DNA of 64,000 nt from Perkinsus chesapeaki ATCC PRA-425. Taxonomy: Eukaryota; Protista; Perkinsozoa. How positions within the stretch are numbered: the stretch's first letter is position 1; each line of letters opens with the position of its first letter. The stretch covers positions 1-64,000 of the forward strand of contig JAAPAO010000117.1 of NCBI GenBank assembly GCA_013115145.1, written 5' to 3'. The position numbers and the translations under genes are program-made. This document shows, one piece after another, positions 28,051 through 40,500 of this stretch. The notes beneath the pieces are model-generated. The model was not told the DNA's origin, did not search any database, and saw only the letters and a list, made by a program, of their open reading frames with translations.

Positions 28051-28646
28051 AGCCTTGATCATTACCTATCACACTACCTTCAAGCATCTTGTTGTTCAGA
28101 CTAATATATTTCTTATCTTCTTCTGCACAGTATAGTTTTCATTCTCAGTGCTGCTGCTCACTTATTAATATCTTAAATAGTACTCATGGCGACAAGTTAT
28201 CATGTACATTACTCCTCCCTCCTAGCCCCTTGACTCTTATTATCATCATTAATAACAACAACAACTCTATCATTGCCTAATTATGTGCTCTACTACTGCC
28301 CATTTACACTCCTCTTCATACTGTGACACTTGCTTGCTGTGTTCTATTAGACTATCTGCTGCTGCACCATAAGGGGCATTGCTGTGACTGTGAGCACTTG
28401 TGATGGTCGTGGTTATAATGTTAAAAATGATGGACTATTGGCTAGTAGCCAATTCTCTATTCACGCTGATGCATTGTCGTCGTTGTCGTCGTTCATATCA
28501 TCTGTTGTACGATTACCATTATTAAAGGCAATCAATAGCAGCAGCAATCTTCATCATTGTTACCATAACACCATTTTCACGGCACCCTTGCCTCGAGTTT
28601 CCTCAACCATTAGAACCCTCACTCTCCTCCTACAGTATCAAGGTTT

Positions 28647-29344
28647 ATGAACGGCTGCTCGAAGAGGAAGTCTCATCCAATTCTACCGGACTTCCGCCGA
28701 ATGGAGCTCCATGCTAAGTTCCCTCTAATACCGTAAGCTATATATAGGGATAGCCCACAGCGGGTCATTGTCAGATATGGCCAAGGGAGAAGGATCATAC
28801 AACAGTTCAAGCTTGGTTGGGTAACTTGTCTTATTCTTATTCGTGCAACTGTGATGCCCTCAGGCTAGCTCTTCAACCCATCGATGCCATGACACATGGC
28901 TGAGGTTCCGGAACTGTGTGTCTCTCAGACCACAACGATTTGTTGAGCGTTGCCAAGTTCAAGCTGCACTGTACGATTGCTATGATATTGTGAATCTACT
29001 TGTTTGATTAGGCATTTGGATTGTTTGAAAATGCATGGTCAAGGGAAAGCGGATGATGCGAAAAGAGTCCACTTTCGGAGGTACGCCCATTGGCTGTGAT
29101 CTAGGTAACAACTTGATGTGCTGTAGATTCTTGGAGAGGTTCCGTGTATTTGATGAGAAGTATTATAAGAACAGGAAATATGCTGACCCAACAGTTAACT
29201 CCCATGGAGAGGGAACAGTGTTCCAGTTCACCACACCATCACCAAGCACAGCAGGAGGGGCTTGGTGAGTGGAGTGTGACATCTTATGATGATGCTTTAA
29301 CATGTTTCTGCACCACTTGGTTGTTGTGTTTAATCTAAAGTTAG
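28647..29344 (+). CDS. Small twin-CX9C (CHCH-like) protein, probably mitochondrial
   Basis: Five exons splice in frame (about 160 aa) and contain CHDTWLRFRNC and CQVQAALHLDC. Confidence 0.6.
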
Positions 29345-29684
29345 AACATCTATGACCGTCAAGACACAGAATGAGCCACGGAACTCATTAGCGAATGTGC
29401 TGATGCCAAAGACGCGAAGCAGCCTCTTGCCGCTGCGTAGGTCTCAGTTTATAACAGCTACACGGTATGCAAGATAACTGTAGCAGCAGTGCAGTAACCA
29501 ATGGTGTTACAGTAATGGTGTACCGTTAAACACAACAATATCAGTTAAAAAAGGACACTACTACTCCCGTGAGATAGGAAAATTGTTTTTACATCAATAA
29601 TAGCATGTGTAGGACTATAGCTACTTGAATGATAAAAATGAATCACTCGTCGGCCTCCCTCTGTAGAGCAATGCTCTACTCGAC

Positions 29685-30993
29685 TCATTGCGCCAAAGAT
29701 ACAGCCTTACCGGCGGCCTCATTTAGATCATCAAAGGCGTAGACTTTGAGCCCCGCGTCTTTAATAATCTGCTTGCCTTGTTCAACGTTGGTGCCGACAA
29801 GCCGTATGACGATTGGCTTCTGCATGTTAAGTTCAGTCGTGGCTTGGACAACGCCTTGAGCGATGACGTCACACCTCATAATACCACCAAATATATTAAC
29901 CAGAATACTCTTAACCTTGGGGTCCTTCTCGAGGATCTCAAAGGCAGCTTTAACCTGGTCAGCCTGAGCAGAGCCACCAACGTCCAAGAAGTTAGCAGGA
30001 CTGCCTCCTTTCAGTGATAGAAGGTCCATCGTAGCCATAGCAAGACCGGCACCATTAACCATGCATCCTATGTTACCATCTAGACCGATGTAATTAAGAT
30101 CCCATTCAGAGGCAGCTACTTCACGAGGATCCTCTTGGGTACGGTCTCTCATAGAATGGACACACTTCTGACGGAACTGAGCGTTGTCATCAAAATTGAC
30201 CTTAGCATCGCATACCATCACACGGCCATCACTGGTCTCAGCCAAAGGGTTAATCTCAACCATAGTGCAGTCGGATTGACGGAAAGTATCGTAAAGGGCT
30301 TTGATAGCGATAACCGCCTCATCCACTATTTCGCCTTGGAAGCCGATCTTCTCAGCCATCTCTCTGGCCTCGCCATCTGAGATGCCACTATTGATATCAA
30401 CGGGGATCTTAATGATAGCATCGGGGTGTTCGGCAGCTACGTCCTCGATGCTCATACCACCGTATTTGGAACCAACCATAACAGGGCCGCCAAAGGAACG
30501 ATCCATCAAAATAGCAAAGTACTTCTCAGATGCGATCTGGAACCTCTCCGACAGAAAGACGCCATTACAAGGCTTGCCAGCCTCGCCAGTCTGTTTAGTG
30601 ACGAGAGTCTTGCCGATCATCTTGGAGGCAATGTCTTTAGCCTCGATAGGATTCTTAACGATATGTACCCCACCTTGGAAACCATTCTCCTTGAAGTAAC
30701 CACGCCCTCTGCCACCAGCCAACACCTAATTAGCGTTAATCCAAAGGATTTAGGCCTACTAAATATCTTACCTGTGCTTTGACAACCACATCACCACCGC
30801 CCAGCTGCTGTGCGAATTTCTCGGCATCTTCGGGCGATGTAGCATAATAACCATGCGGTACACATACGCCGTACTTCTTAAACACACCGAGGGATTGATG
30901 CTCATGGAGATTTAGATGACGAACTTGCTGGCCTTTAGGGACGAACACTCGGTGGGCTCGATGAAGGGTGGAAAACATAGCGGCATTGGCCAT
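29685..30993 (-). CDS. sucC: Succinyl-CoA ligase beta subunit, mitochondrial
   Basis: Presequence then LNLHEHQS; VVKAQ|VLAGGRGRG; EINPL; DAKVNFDDNA; GCMVNGAGLAMATMD; ANFLDVGG; NIFGGIMRCD. Confidence 0.97.
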
Positions 30994-31475
30994 AGGCAGG
31001 ACGCCATGGCGAAGTATACCGCAGCTGCTCCTTGTAACAGTTGATGAGAAGGTTGGCAGCATTACCAGGAAAATGGGGATAAAATAGGTCTGAAAAGTGG
31101 TGTGTAGTGAACAGTACTGCCGTCTCCCAAATAAAATGCACTTCGACGCGGAACCATAAGACAGCAATTCGACCCTAGAGTAAGGTGACTCAAAGAAGGT
31201 AAAAGTGACACAGTAGAGCACTAGCGTAATAGTGAACCACTGCTATGAGAAGGTAACAACAACGACAGGACTTAACAAGAAGAAGACGGCGAAAATTTTG
31301 AGGCGAGCGCTATTAGAAAATTTAGCCGTTCGTGAGGAGAAGTCCTATTATGCAGTGGGATTCCTTACCGTCTATGAGAATGGAACTATCTAGAACCAGC
31401 TTGGGGAGGATTTAGGGCGATGAAGGGAAATATTGCGTCGATTATGACTTTTAAAATTGGTAATCTATCAACAGC

Positions 31476-33724
31476 GTGTCTCAGTGCGGCTTTACTAGGC
31501 CTTCTATGAATGTGACTTTACCTATACCTAAACTTAATAACACATTTCTACAGGATGAGTATCTTCAGCGCAACCTGCGCCGAATCTTTGGCGACGCAAG
31601 ATACTCCGAGGTTGAAAGTGACCTAATAAGATTTGGTGGCGATTGTGCAGGGCCTATCTTGGAGGCTGGAAGGCAATGTGAGCTTCATCCACCTTATCAT
31701 AGACCATATGATGCTTGGGGTAACAGAGTTGATGAGATATGGACATGTCCAGAGTGGAAGGGAATGCATGGCATAGCTGCCAAGGAAGGCCTTATTGCAT
31801 TGGCATACAGTCGACCATTGGGAAGGGAGATATCAAGGCTCTATCAGCTGGCTAAGCTTTACCTATTCGCACCATCCAGTGGCCTCTACAGTTGCCCACT
31901 GGCCATGACTGATGGTGCTGCCTTTGTTATCGAGAAGGTACTTCAATATATCATCTAGAAGCTTGATGGGTCCTGTAGGTGTTGCAGAAGGCAGGTGTGG
32001 ACGGGAGACTTAAGCGAGAGCTTGAAGAGGCATTTAGCCATCTGACGAGCCAAAATCCTGATGAGTTTTGGACTAGTGGGCAGTGGATGACGGAGCGTGG
32101 TGGTGGTAGTGATGTAAGTGCAGCAACGGCTACTACTGCTGCTGCGGCTGTTAAGGATACTGGACAGGAGGATGAGTGAGTGCTTCAGACACTTGCTTTA
32201 TAGGATGCCTATTGGTAGGGTATGGTTGTTATCTGGTAATAAATGGTTTACATCTGCAACTGATGCCCATATGACCTTTACTCTTGCTAGAACCCCCGAT
32301 ACTAATGGTAAGGTGGATATGTTCTATCTTAAGACTAGGGACCAACAAGGCAAGCTCAACGGCTTAGAGGTCGGTGAGATACCTATTGACGGTGGTGCTG
32401 CATTCTGGTATAGGTGGTACGACTTAAAGATAAGCTGGGTACACGGCAGTTGCCCACTGCCGAGATGAACCTGGTCAACAGTCAGGCTATGAGGGTGAGA
32501 TGGGTGGCTGGTGGGGCGGTAGTGGTGGTATTAGTTCAATAATAGTAGGTTACTGAAGATGGTAAAGGTGTTGGTATGATAATGAATTTAGCATCTATTA
32601 CACGAATACATAACACTATATCAGCATCATCTGGTATGAGGAGGATACTTCAATTAGCTGTGGATTATTCAACTAAGAGGGAGGCTTTTGGGCGAAAACT
32701 AATGGAGGTAGTGCCGTGGTATGGGCTCTTGGTAGTAGTATTAGCTTATACGGTCTTTTCTTATGTGTGTTACATAACATGTACTCATTCGTCTTTTCCT
32801 GCTTGTATGATATAGACGATCATCGAGGCAGTTGGACAGCGGTTGTATTACTGCGAGCACCACCTTAAATGATCTAGTCCCTGGGTAGGGCTATATCTCC
32901 CTGTATAGTTACCAGCACACGTAGCAGCATTAGCAGAGCTAGAGGTAGAGGCACGTGCAAGCTGCTCATTATGGTTAGAGATGGGTAGACTACTTGGTAA
33001 AGTGGAGGCAGGAACTGCCAGTGATGATGAAGTACTAATCTATTGGTAATATGTCTTTATTATTTCTATAGGCGTTAGTGTTTCGGCTACTAGTGCCGCT
33101 GTCTAAGCTCCAGACTGGTAGGCAAGGTGTGGATGTCGCATCCAAAGGCATTGAGCTATTTGGTGGTGCTGGTTATATGGAGGACACTGGACTACCAGCA
33201 CATCTACGTGATGCTCAAGTAGGGCGTGGATGATCTTCCTTATGGTGTGGTATTGGTGTTGGTAGGTATTGGCTATATGGGAAGGCACTAGTAATGTACA
33301 AGCACTGGATGTTTTGAGGGTAATAGCTCAGACCAATGGAGCAGCATTGGCAGCACTGAGGCGTCGCTTCAGTGACTCTAGGGTAGGACTTCTTCCTCAT
33401 GTCGATGTCATTGTGAAGTAGGTTATCTCTCTTATTGCCCCAGCTGAGCAGCTTCTATGTGATGAGTTCCCCGAACCTCTAGCTCTACGTGCCGCGGTGC
33501 TGTTGGGCCGGGCTGTTAGTGGCGGGTTAATGTTGGAGCATGCCAGCTATCTGGGCAGTACAGCCTGTAAAAGCGATATGTTGGCCGCGACACGATGGTT
33601 GGAGGGGAGTAGTGGTAGTGGTGCCCAAGTTCACATGGACAATATAATGCTGGTTTATGGTGGTAGCAATACATGTTTATCATTCAACAGGATGAGCAGG
33701 CCCGAGGGTGTCTCTGCACTGTAG
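31476..33724 (+). CDS. Acyl-CoA dehydrogenase, AidB/ACDH-11-like
   Basis: [77 protein letters not shown]. Ends approximate. Confidence 0.9.
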
Positions 33725-33797
33725 CGTCCATAAGTTTGTTTTCAGCAGTATTGAGTTCAAGTATGTTGTTATTATTTAGTGATTTGTTATTATCCTA

Positions 33798-35133
33798 ATG
33801 TCCGAATGTGGTTTTGGTTCCCCAGTCCCGTATGGAGAGCCCAATTGGTACTATAAAGGTTTCTCATCTCCCTATTACACCGACTCGCATCGAGCCTGGC
33901 GACAGAGGTGTCGTAGTTTCGTCGAAGAGCATATCATCCCTAACGTATCCGACTGGGAGAAGGCCAAAGCTATACCAGCTGATGCCTATGTGAAGTGCTA
34001 TAAGGCTGGCCTACTCCCGTGTGTGGTTGGTGCTAAAGGATTCGATTATGTTGACTCTAAGGTGGCCCCTAAGCCACAGGGTTATGACTACTTCCATGAG
34101 CTTATCTTCATTGATGAGTTGGCTAGATGTGCCAGTGGTGGTGTGTTGTGGGGTCTTATCGAGGGTCTTCAGATTGGTCTACCTCCTGTCCTTAACTTTG
34201 GCAGTGATTCTCTCAAGGAGAGGGTAGCTGGCCCATGTCTTCGTGGTGAAAAGAAGATATGTCTTTGTATTACAGAGCCCTATGCTGGTAGTGATGTGGC
34301 CAACATTCGTACTACAGCCAAACTGAGTTCGGATGGCAAACACTATATAGTGAGCGGAGAGAAGAAATGGATCACCAATGGCATCTTTGCGGACTACTTC
34401 TCTGTTGCGGTTAGGACTGGTGGTCCTGGTATGAAGGGGATATCCATGCTGCTCATAGAGCGTGATATGCCTGGGGTTAAGACTACTAGGATGGAGTGCC
34501 AAGGTGTGTGGCCCAGTGGCACCACATTTGTTGAGTTCAACGAAGTGAAGGTCCCTGTTGAGAATCTAATAGGAAATGTGAATGAAGGCTTTAAGGTTAT
34601 TATGTATAACTTCAACCATGAGAGATGGGGGTTTGTGGTCCAAGGGGCAAGGTTGGCCAGAATGCTTTATGAGGAGTCCTTCAAGTACGCTCAGAAGCGT
34701 AAGACCTTTGGTAAGGCACTGATAGAGCATCCAGTTATAAGATGGAAGTTGGCTGAGATGGCACGACAGATTGAGGGTTTGCAGTATTGGTTGGAGAATA
34801 TAACCCATCAAATGAACACGATGTCATGGGCTGATAGCATGGCGGCCCTAGGTGGAACATTAGGTTTGATGAAGGCCCATAGCACTAAGGTGAATAAGGT
34901 TATGATGTATCAGAGCTAATGTCCCCTATCAGGTATTTGAGTACTGTGCCCGAGAGGCATCACAAGTGTTCGGTGGCAATGCCTATACGCGTTCCGGTCT
35001 AGGAGAGAAGGTTGAAAGGCTTTACCGTGATGTTAGAGCATATGCTATACCTGGTGGATCAGAAGAGATCCTATTAGACCTCGGCATCAGACAAGCTGAT
35101 CGGCTCTACAAACAGCGCATAGCAAGACTTTAA
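33798..35133 (+). CDS. Acyl-CoA dehydrogenase (medium/long-chain type) with C-terminal PTS1-like ARL
   Basis: CLCITEPYAGSDVA, SGEKKWITNG, FNHERW, FGGNAY, IPGGSEEI; ends KQRIARL-stop at 35133. Confidence 0.93.
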
Positions 35134-35361
35134 TTTTTTAGGCGCAGCGAGAATCAAACCGCGCCAGAGGAAGTCTCGCTCGCCCAAAATGGAAATATGA
35201 AACGGCTGGGTCGTAAAGAAGTTTTTGAGCTCTATTGATACTCTTGTGATTGGTATTAGTGTGAAATATGTAGTGTTGGTTAATTACCTTATAAGGTCTG
35301 CTGGGTGGTGTTGATTGATTGTTATTGTTCTTTCTCAGAGCTTATTAGTTCACTAAACGCT

Positions 35362-36252
35362 ATGGCGACCAGAGCTGCTTATGCAAGCCCCACCTCTCCT
35401 CTATTGGCCCCTCCTCTTCTGATGCCGTTCCAGCTTGCTGAACCTGTTAGTGGTGACATTCCTTATATTGAGGATGAACCTCCGGTTATCTGTGCCGATG
35501 GCACTAGGCTTCCCCGCCCTCCTGTACTGCAACCTGGTGATATTGGTCCTATGCAATACCTGCATCAGAAGGCGATGGCCGAGGCCGCTTCGAGGACTCC
35601 CCCTTCTAGGACTCCCGCTGGCACCCCTTGCTATTCGTGTGGTCCGACTCTATTTCCGGATTCTATCGAGAGACACTACAACGAGGCTATTGCAAGGAGA
35701 CATTTTCGAGAAGCCCAAGCCGCTGCTATGGCTGAAGCTCTTGCCAAGTCCCATGCTGAGGAGAGAAGGCCCAAGAGGTGGAGAAATGTGGCACGAGCCC
35801 GTCGTCTGGAGATAGATACCGATCTTGATGATCGTGAGGTCCATACTAGATTCATGTTTGCTATCAGTAGCAGGAAACTCAAGTAAGTCCTCGTCTGATT
35901 GTTGTATTGTTATTTGTTCTTTCTCTTTAGTCTATATGAACCCGTCAAGGGTACTAGCGAGTACTACAGGCTGCTGCATCGAGATACTGCCAAGCCAATA
36001 TACTGGAGAGACGACTGCTATTCACCGGTACGACCTCGGCCTCTTATAGACCAAATCAGGGATCGGATTGATTTGATTTACTTCACTGCTCCTGCTCCAC
36101 CAAGACCAGGAGTATTTGAAGTTGTGGTCGAGGAGTCTCCTCCAGTCAAGGAGACTGCTACTCATTGCATCTCGCTCAAGTGGCTATCTCGTGCTGTCAA
36201 GCGTGTTTGTGGTCGTCGTCGCCGTTGTGGTGATGGACGTCGTGTCAAGTGA
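35362..36252 (+). CDS. Hypothetical Pro/Arg-rich protein, two exons
   Basis: ORFs 35305-35886 and 35899-36252 join in frame through a gtaagt...tttag intron. Confidence 0.55.
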
Positions 36253-36711
36253 TGATGATACTGTCTGACTGATGAGTGCACTATTGCCCACAAGAATCTC
36301 TTCGCTGAAATTGATTATGATTGCCGTCGCTTCGTATTATACTAATTGATTACGTCTTGATTATCGTGCATAAGTATGGCAACTAAGTAGAAGATGATAT
36401 AGCAATTGCTATACTCGTCGCTGCTTTTGCTTGGTATTTTAACGTTTTATTACATTTACGCGCTCGTATTAGTTGTACTGGCTATATTCCAAAGTTAGTT
36501 GGTGGTTTGTGTTAATATGGGAGTAAAAGGGGCAACTTAATTAGTTAATGTTATTCTCGTCAGAAGCGAGTCGCGAGGACGAGATCCGCACCTTCGCTCC
36601 AGTGACCCGATGGTCGTTTACCAACGAGAACGAGAACGGTGTACAATTAGGCTGTTTAAAAGTAGGTGTAATAAGGTAGGCGCAGAATCTTGATGTTATT
36701 GTTTTAGTCCG

Positions 36712-37276
36712 ATGTTACACCGTTATGTACATGCTCCAGTGATCCACTCTTGTCTGTTAAACAAAGGAGTAGCGTTCTTACAGTTGCTAAAAGGTAATCC
36801 TTTGCTTTATCACACTGTTGAAATGGATTATTTCAGGGAAGCTGATATGTTGGCGAGCCTCACTGGCTCAGTTGAGTCTACTCCCACTACAGCATTGAGA
36901 ACCTACAGTCTGTTTCAACCGGCTAAGGACCTGTCTCGGATACCTCGTCTCGATGGGACCACAGCACCAAATCTTTGCCAAGGACCAGAACGAAGAGTTG
37001 TTGGACATTCCGTGATGTTCGAGAAGAAGCCGCCAATGGTTCATACGCTTTATTCAAAGACGTGGGCTCGACAGTCGTACGGGCAAGTAGGCGAGAAGAG
37101 GCATCGAGCGAATGAGCGGAGTGGCAAGTTTGAAGGTAGGTAGATTCGATTATTGTAGTGTTGATAATGTTGTCAGATAATCGTTCATCATACGGTCCGA
37201 GTAGAGGTATACCACAATTGAGTACAGCATCACTTAGCACTATGTTCCAGAGACGGAGGAATCTATTGTTGCATGA
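36712..37276 (+). CDS. Hypothetical protein
   Basis: ORF 36712-37143 continues through a GT-AG intron to a stop at 37276; no known motif. Confidence 0.4.
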
Positions 37277-37534
37277 TACATGAATGGCTATGTTGTCCAA
37301 CGGCTACTCAGAGTTGTGTTTGAAGTCGAGTGAGATAAAAGGGTTCGGAACACTTCACATTCATATGATATTGTGTTGAACGTTGTTGTGTTCAAGTGCC
37401 TCCTTGTGAAATTGAGTTAACTAGTAGTAACAATAACATAATGACCATAATAAGAAACTTTGTTATTACACACATGGGCCACACTTCATGCAATATTCAG
37501 AAAGGAATGCAGAACTTGATGTAAAAATGATGTA

Positions 37535-40500
37535 TTAAAGAAGACCATGTGCACAACGTTTGGCGGGTCCATTACACTCATTCCCTTCACGATAGGTTTC
37601 ATCGTCATAATTGTTATCATCACAATTATCATTAGGAGAACGAAGCTTATGAGTTAGTCTAAACCACCAAAGGCTAACAGCTCCAGCACGACTAAGGCGA
37701 TGTACCATGCACATGAATGGGACCAGTACGAGAACTGTTAAAGCACTACCAAACATCCATTTAACAGCACTATCTGATGGGAGGTCTGAGTTATTGGTAA
37801 TAAAACCAGTAATAACAAATACAATACTAGCTAATAAAAGTGATAGAATAGTCATATCAATACGATCTTGAAGGCTGAGCCACATAAAGCCAGAACCGTG
37901 ACCAGTGCGGCAGCCTATCTCGAGGAAGAAACTCCAAACTGCCTCTCGACATTGCTTGTCAGTTATGCATCCGGCTGTATCTAGTGGGGTTAGACCTTCG
38001 TAATTGGTGATATTAGGTGAGCCATGACCTAAAGAAGATATGCATGTTATTATGGCGTGATTAAGAAGGGCAGACCTGATTTGTAGAGTATAGTACAGCA
38101 TGCTCTAATGAGATGGCTTGGACATTGTACTGTTGCCCAATGTAATGCAGTTCCTCCTTTATTATGGGGAAGTACCATATCGATACACCGTGATGGTCCT
38201 TTACATGTACTTGGACCACCAATAGGCCTCTCAGGTGCCCCACAAGATGCACGCCGCGGAGGGGTCGATGCCACTAAACATGCAGGTTGTTGGCAGTTAT
38301 GTACAGGCAACTTTACCTCGCTTATTCGTCTCCTCAGTCGTTATAGTAGGCATTGTAGATAACATAGGTATCGAGCTCCTAGGTGATACATACATTATCA
38401 TGATGACCATCCCCAAGCCCCCTACTTTGGTATAAGATCTCGTCTATGATGACTTGGTACATGTATTCGTCCTAATCGTCTTGCATGATGTGCCATTAAC
38501 TCTACACAGCTAAGGTTGCCTGCCATAATAGCCAGCTGGACCGGAGCCAAGGATCCAGTGCACACCATCCTCCCTGAGCAATAGATTCATTGTAATCATC
38601 ACTATAATGTCGCTACTGACCCATCATCTCAGTGGCCTGGTCTGTAGTTGTTGGCCTATCTGACGGTGTGCACTCATCGGCAGGATTGTCAAATGGGTTC
38701 ACGCCAGCCTCCATGAATACACGACATAGTCTAGTGCATCCAGCCCAGGCTGCTTGCCCAAAAAGTATAAGTTTTTTCTGTGGTGAGCACTCCCTGAGTA
38801 ATCTTCGTATGTGTCCTTCTCTCAATGGGCCAACACCTAGCTCATCGGCTATAATGCTCCATGGTAACACCTGGTGTACTGCATCTCTTAGCATCATATC
38901 ACCTACTAGCTCACCAGTGTTGGGGCACTGTCCCTCAAGACACGTCGATTGATTCGAGCTGATGTGTCTATTATACGGAGAATGTCTCTGTCAAATGCTA
39001 TGGACAACAGGCGTCTCAAACCACGGCATGAAGATGTCGGTCTGTCTGATGACCGTGGCCTCAAAGACTGGCGCAACACACTAGTGATTTGAGGGTACCT
39101 AAACAGCAGCAGCAGCATCGCCGTTCGGAGAGGGTGATTGGCGGCAATGTTATTACCCAGGGCAGATATCCCTCTTCTGGGACTGTAGCTCGGCTGCTGA
39201 GGTATCACGGTATTTATCAATAGCAACAACTAATCGACGATAGATGTCCCCACCAGCACGCATAGGAGAGGTCACTATCTCAAGACCTATTACGAGCAGC
39301 AGCAGCAGCGTGCTACTACTACCAACTATCAGGCTTGGCGGTACTACTCACCATAGACGCCCCGAGCTAGCTGGTCCTGTGCTTCATCCAGAGATTGGAC
39401 ATGAGCCTCCATAAGCTGTTTAACTCTAAGGAGGCCATGGTCTTCTAGTGTGACTGGTGTAGAGCAATGAGCAAGATGGGAAGCTCTTGATGATGTTAGC
39501 ATTAAAGGGTTATGTTGGGCGGCTGCGGCGGCGGTGGTGACAGGCACACCACCACAGAATGCTGCTGCAGACCTCGGCCTTACTGCACTGTAGCACTGGG
39601 ACAGTACCACAGCGCAGGAATAAAGGTCCATGGCCTGATAGATGGTCAGTTGATGAAGACGAACAAACATGCAGTCGTTCACAAGATTACCAGCTCAGAC
39701 ATCGGCGGCGCACCACGCTGGTGAGCGTCCATTGGACTAGGTAGAACCGCATCAGGTGGAGATGGGAAGGGGGATGCTGCTGCTGCTGGCTGGGCAGTTG
39801 AGATGATACCCATTACTGAGTTACCAAAGCTGGACTGTTGGGCCCATCTCTGGATCTATAGTCCGAGTGTCTTGTATCTATGAAGTACTATCCTACTTGC
39901 TCCGGTGATGCCCAACCAACAATCTTCAATAGTGATGACCAGTCTGGTACGGGCCCTACACCAGAAGACTGCTGCTGCTGTTGTTGCTGCAAGTGATCAT
40001 CATCCTTAGCGGGCCCGCCTTCTAAAGGAGGTCGAGGCGATGGTCTATTACCATCTGGGGAGGTTGTTGTCGTGTTTTCTAATTAATACAAATGGTGTCG
40101 TTGGATGGGGCGGCGGTGGCGGCAGTTACCCTGTTCAGTAGCAGGATGCATGCTCTCTACAGTAGCCGCAGCCCAATCCATCAAGGCTACCGTTCTACTA
40201 TATTGACTCGGAGGAGCGGCGGCATCATCATCATCATCATCATCATCGAAGATAACACTCCTGCCATCTACCGTTGTATTACTGTTAGTCCCCTTCATAA
40301 TGACTATACTCCTTGGGTTGATATTGTGGTGTATAACACCAACATCATGAGCAGCCTCCACCTAAGTAGGTAACATGCAGCCGAAGCAGTGGTCTAGATG
40401 ATGATGATGATGATGAAGAGGAGAAGTAGTAGCAGGTACTACTGCTGACAGGAGGGCTGCCATGAGACCCTGTGCCTCCCCTAAAGAGTATGGTTGCCTT

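Noticed and set aside
30301-30782. Plus-strand ORFs overlapping succinyl-CoA ligase
   Set aside because: Antisense shadows of a strongly conserved gene
33700-33724. C-terminal SAL on the AidB-like ACAD as a PTS1
   Set aside because: Non-canonical tripeptide and the last-exon frame is uncertain
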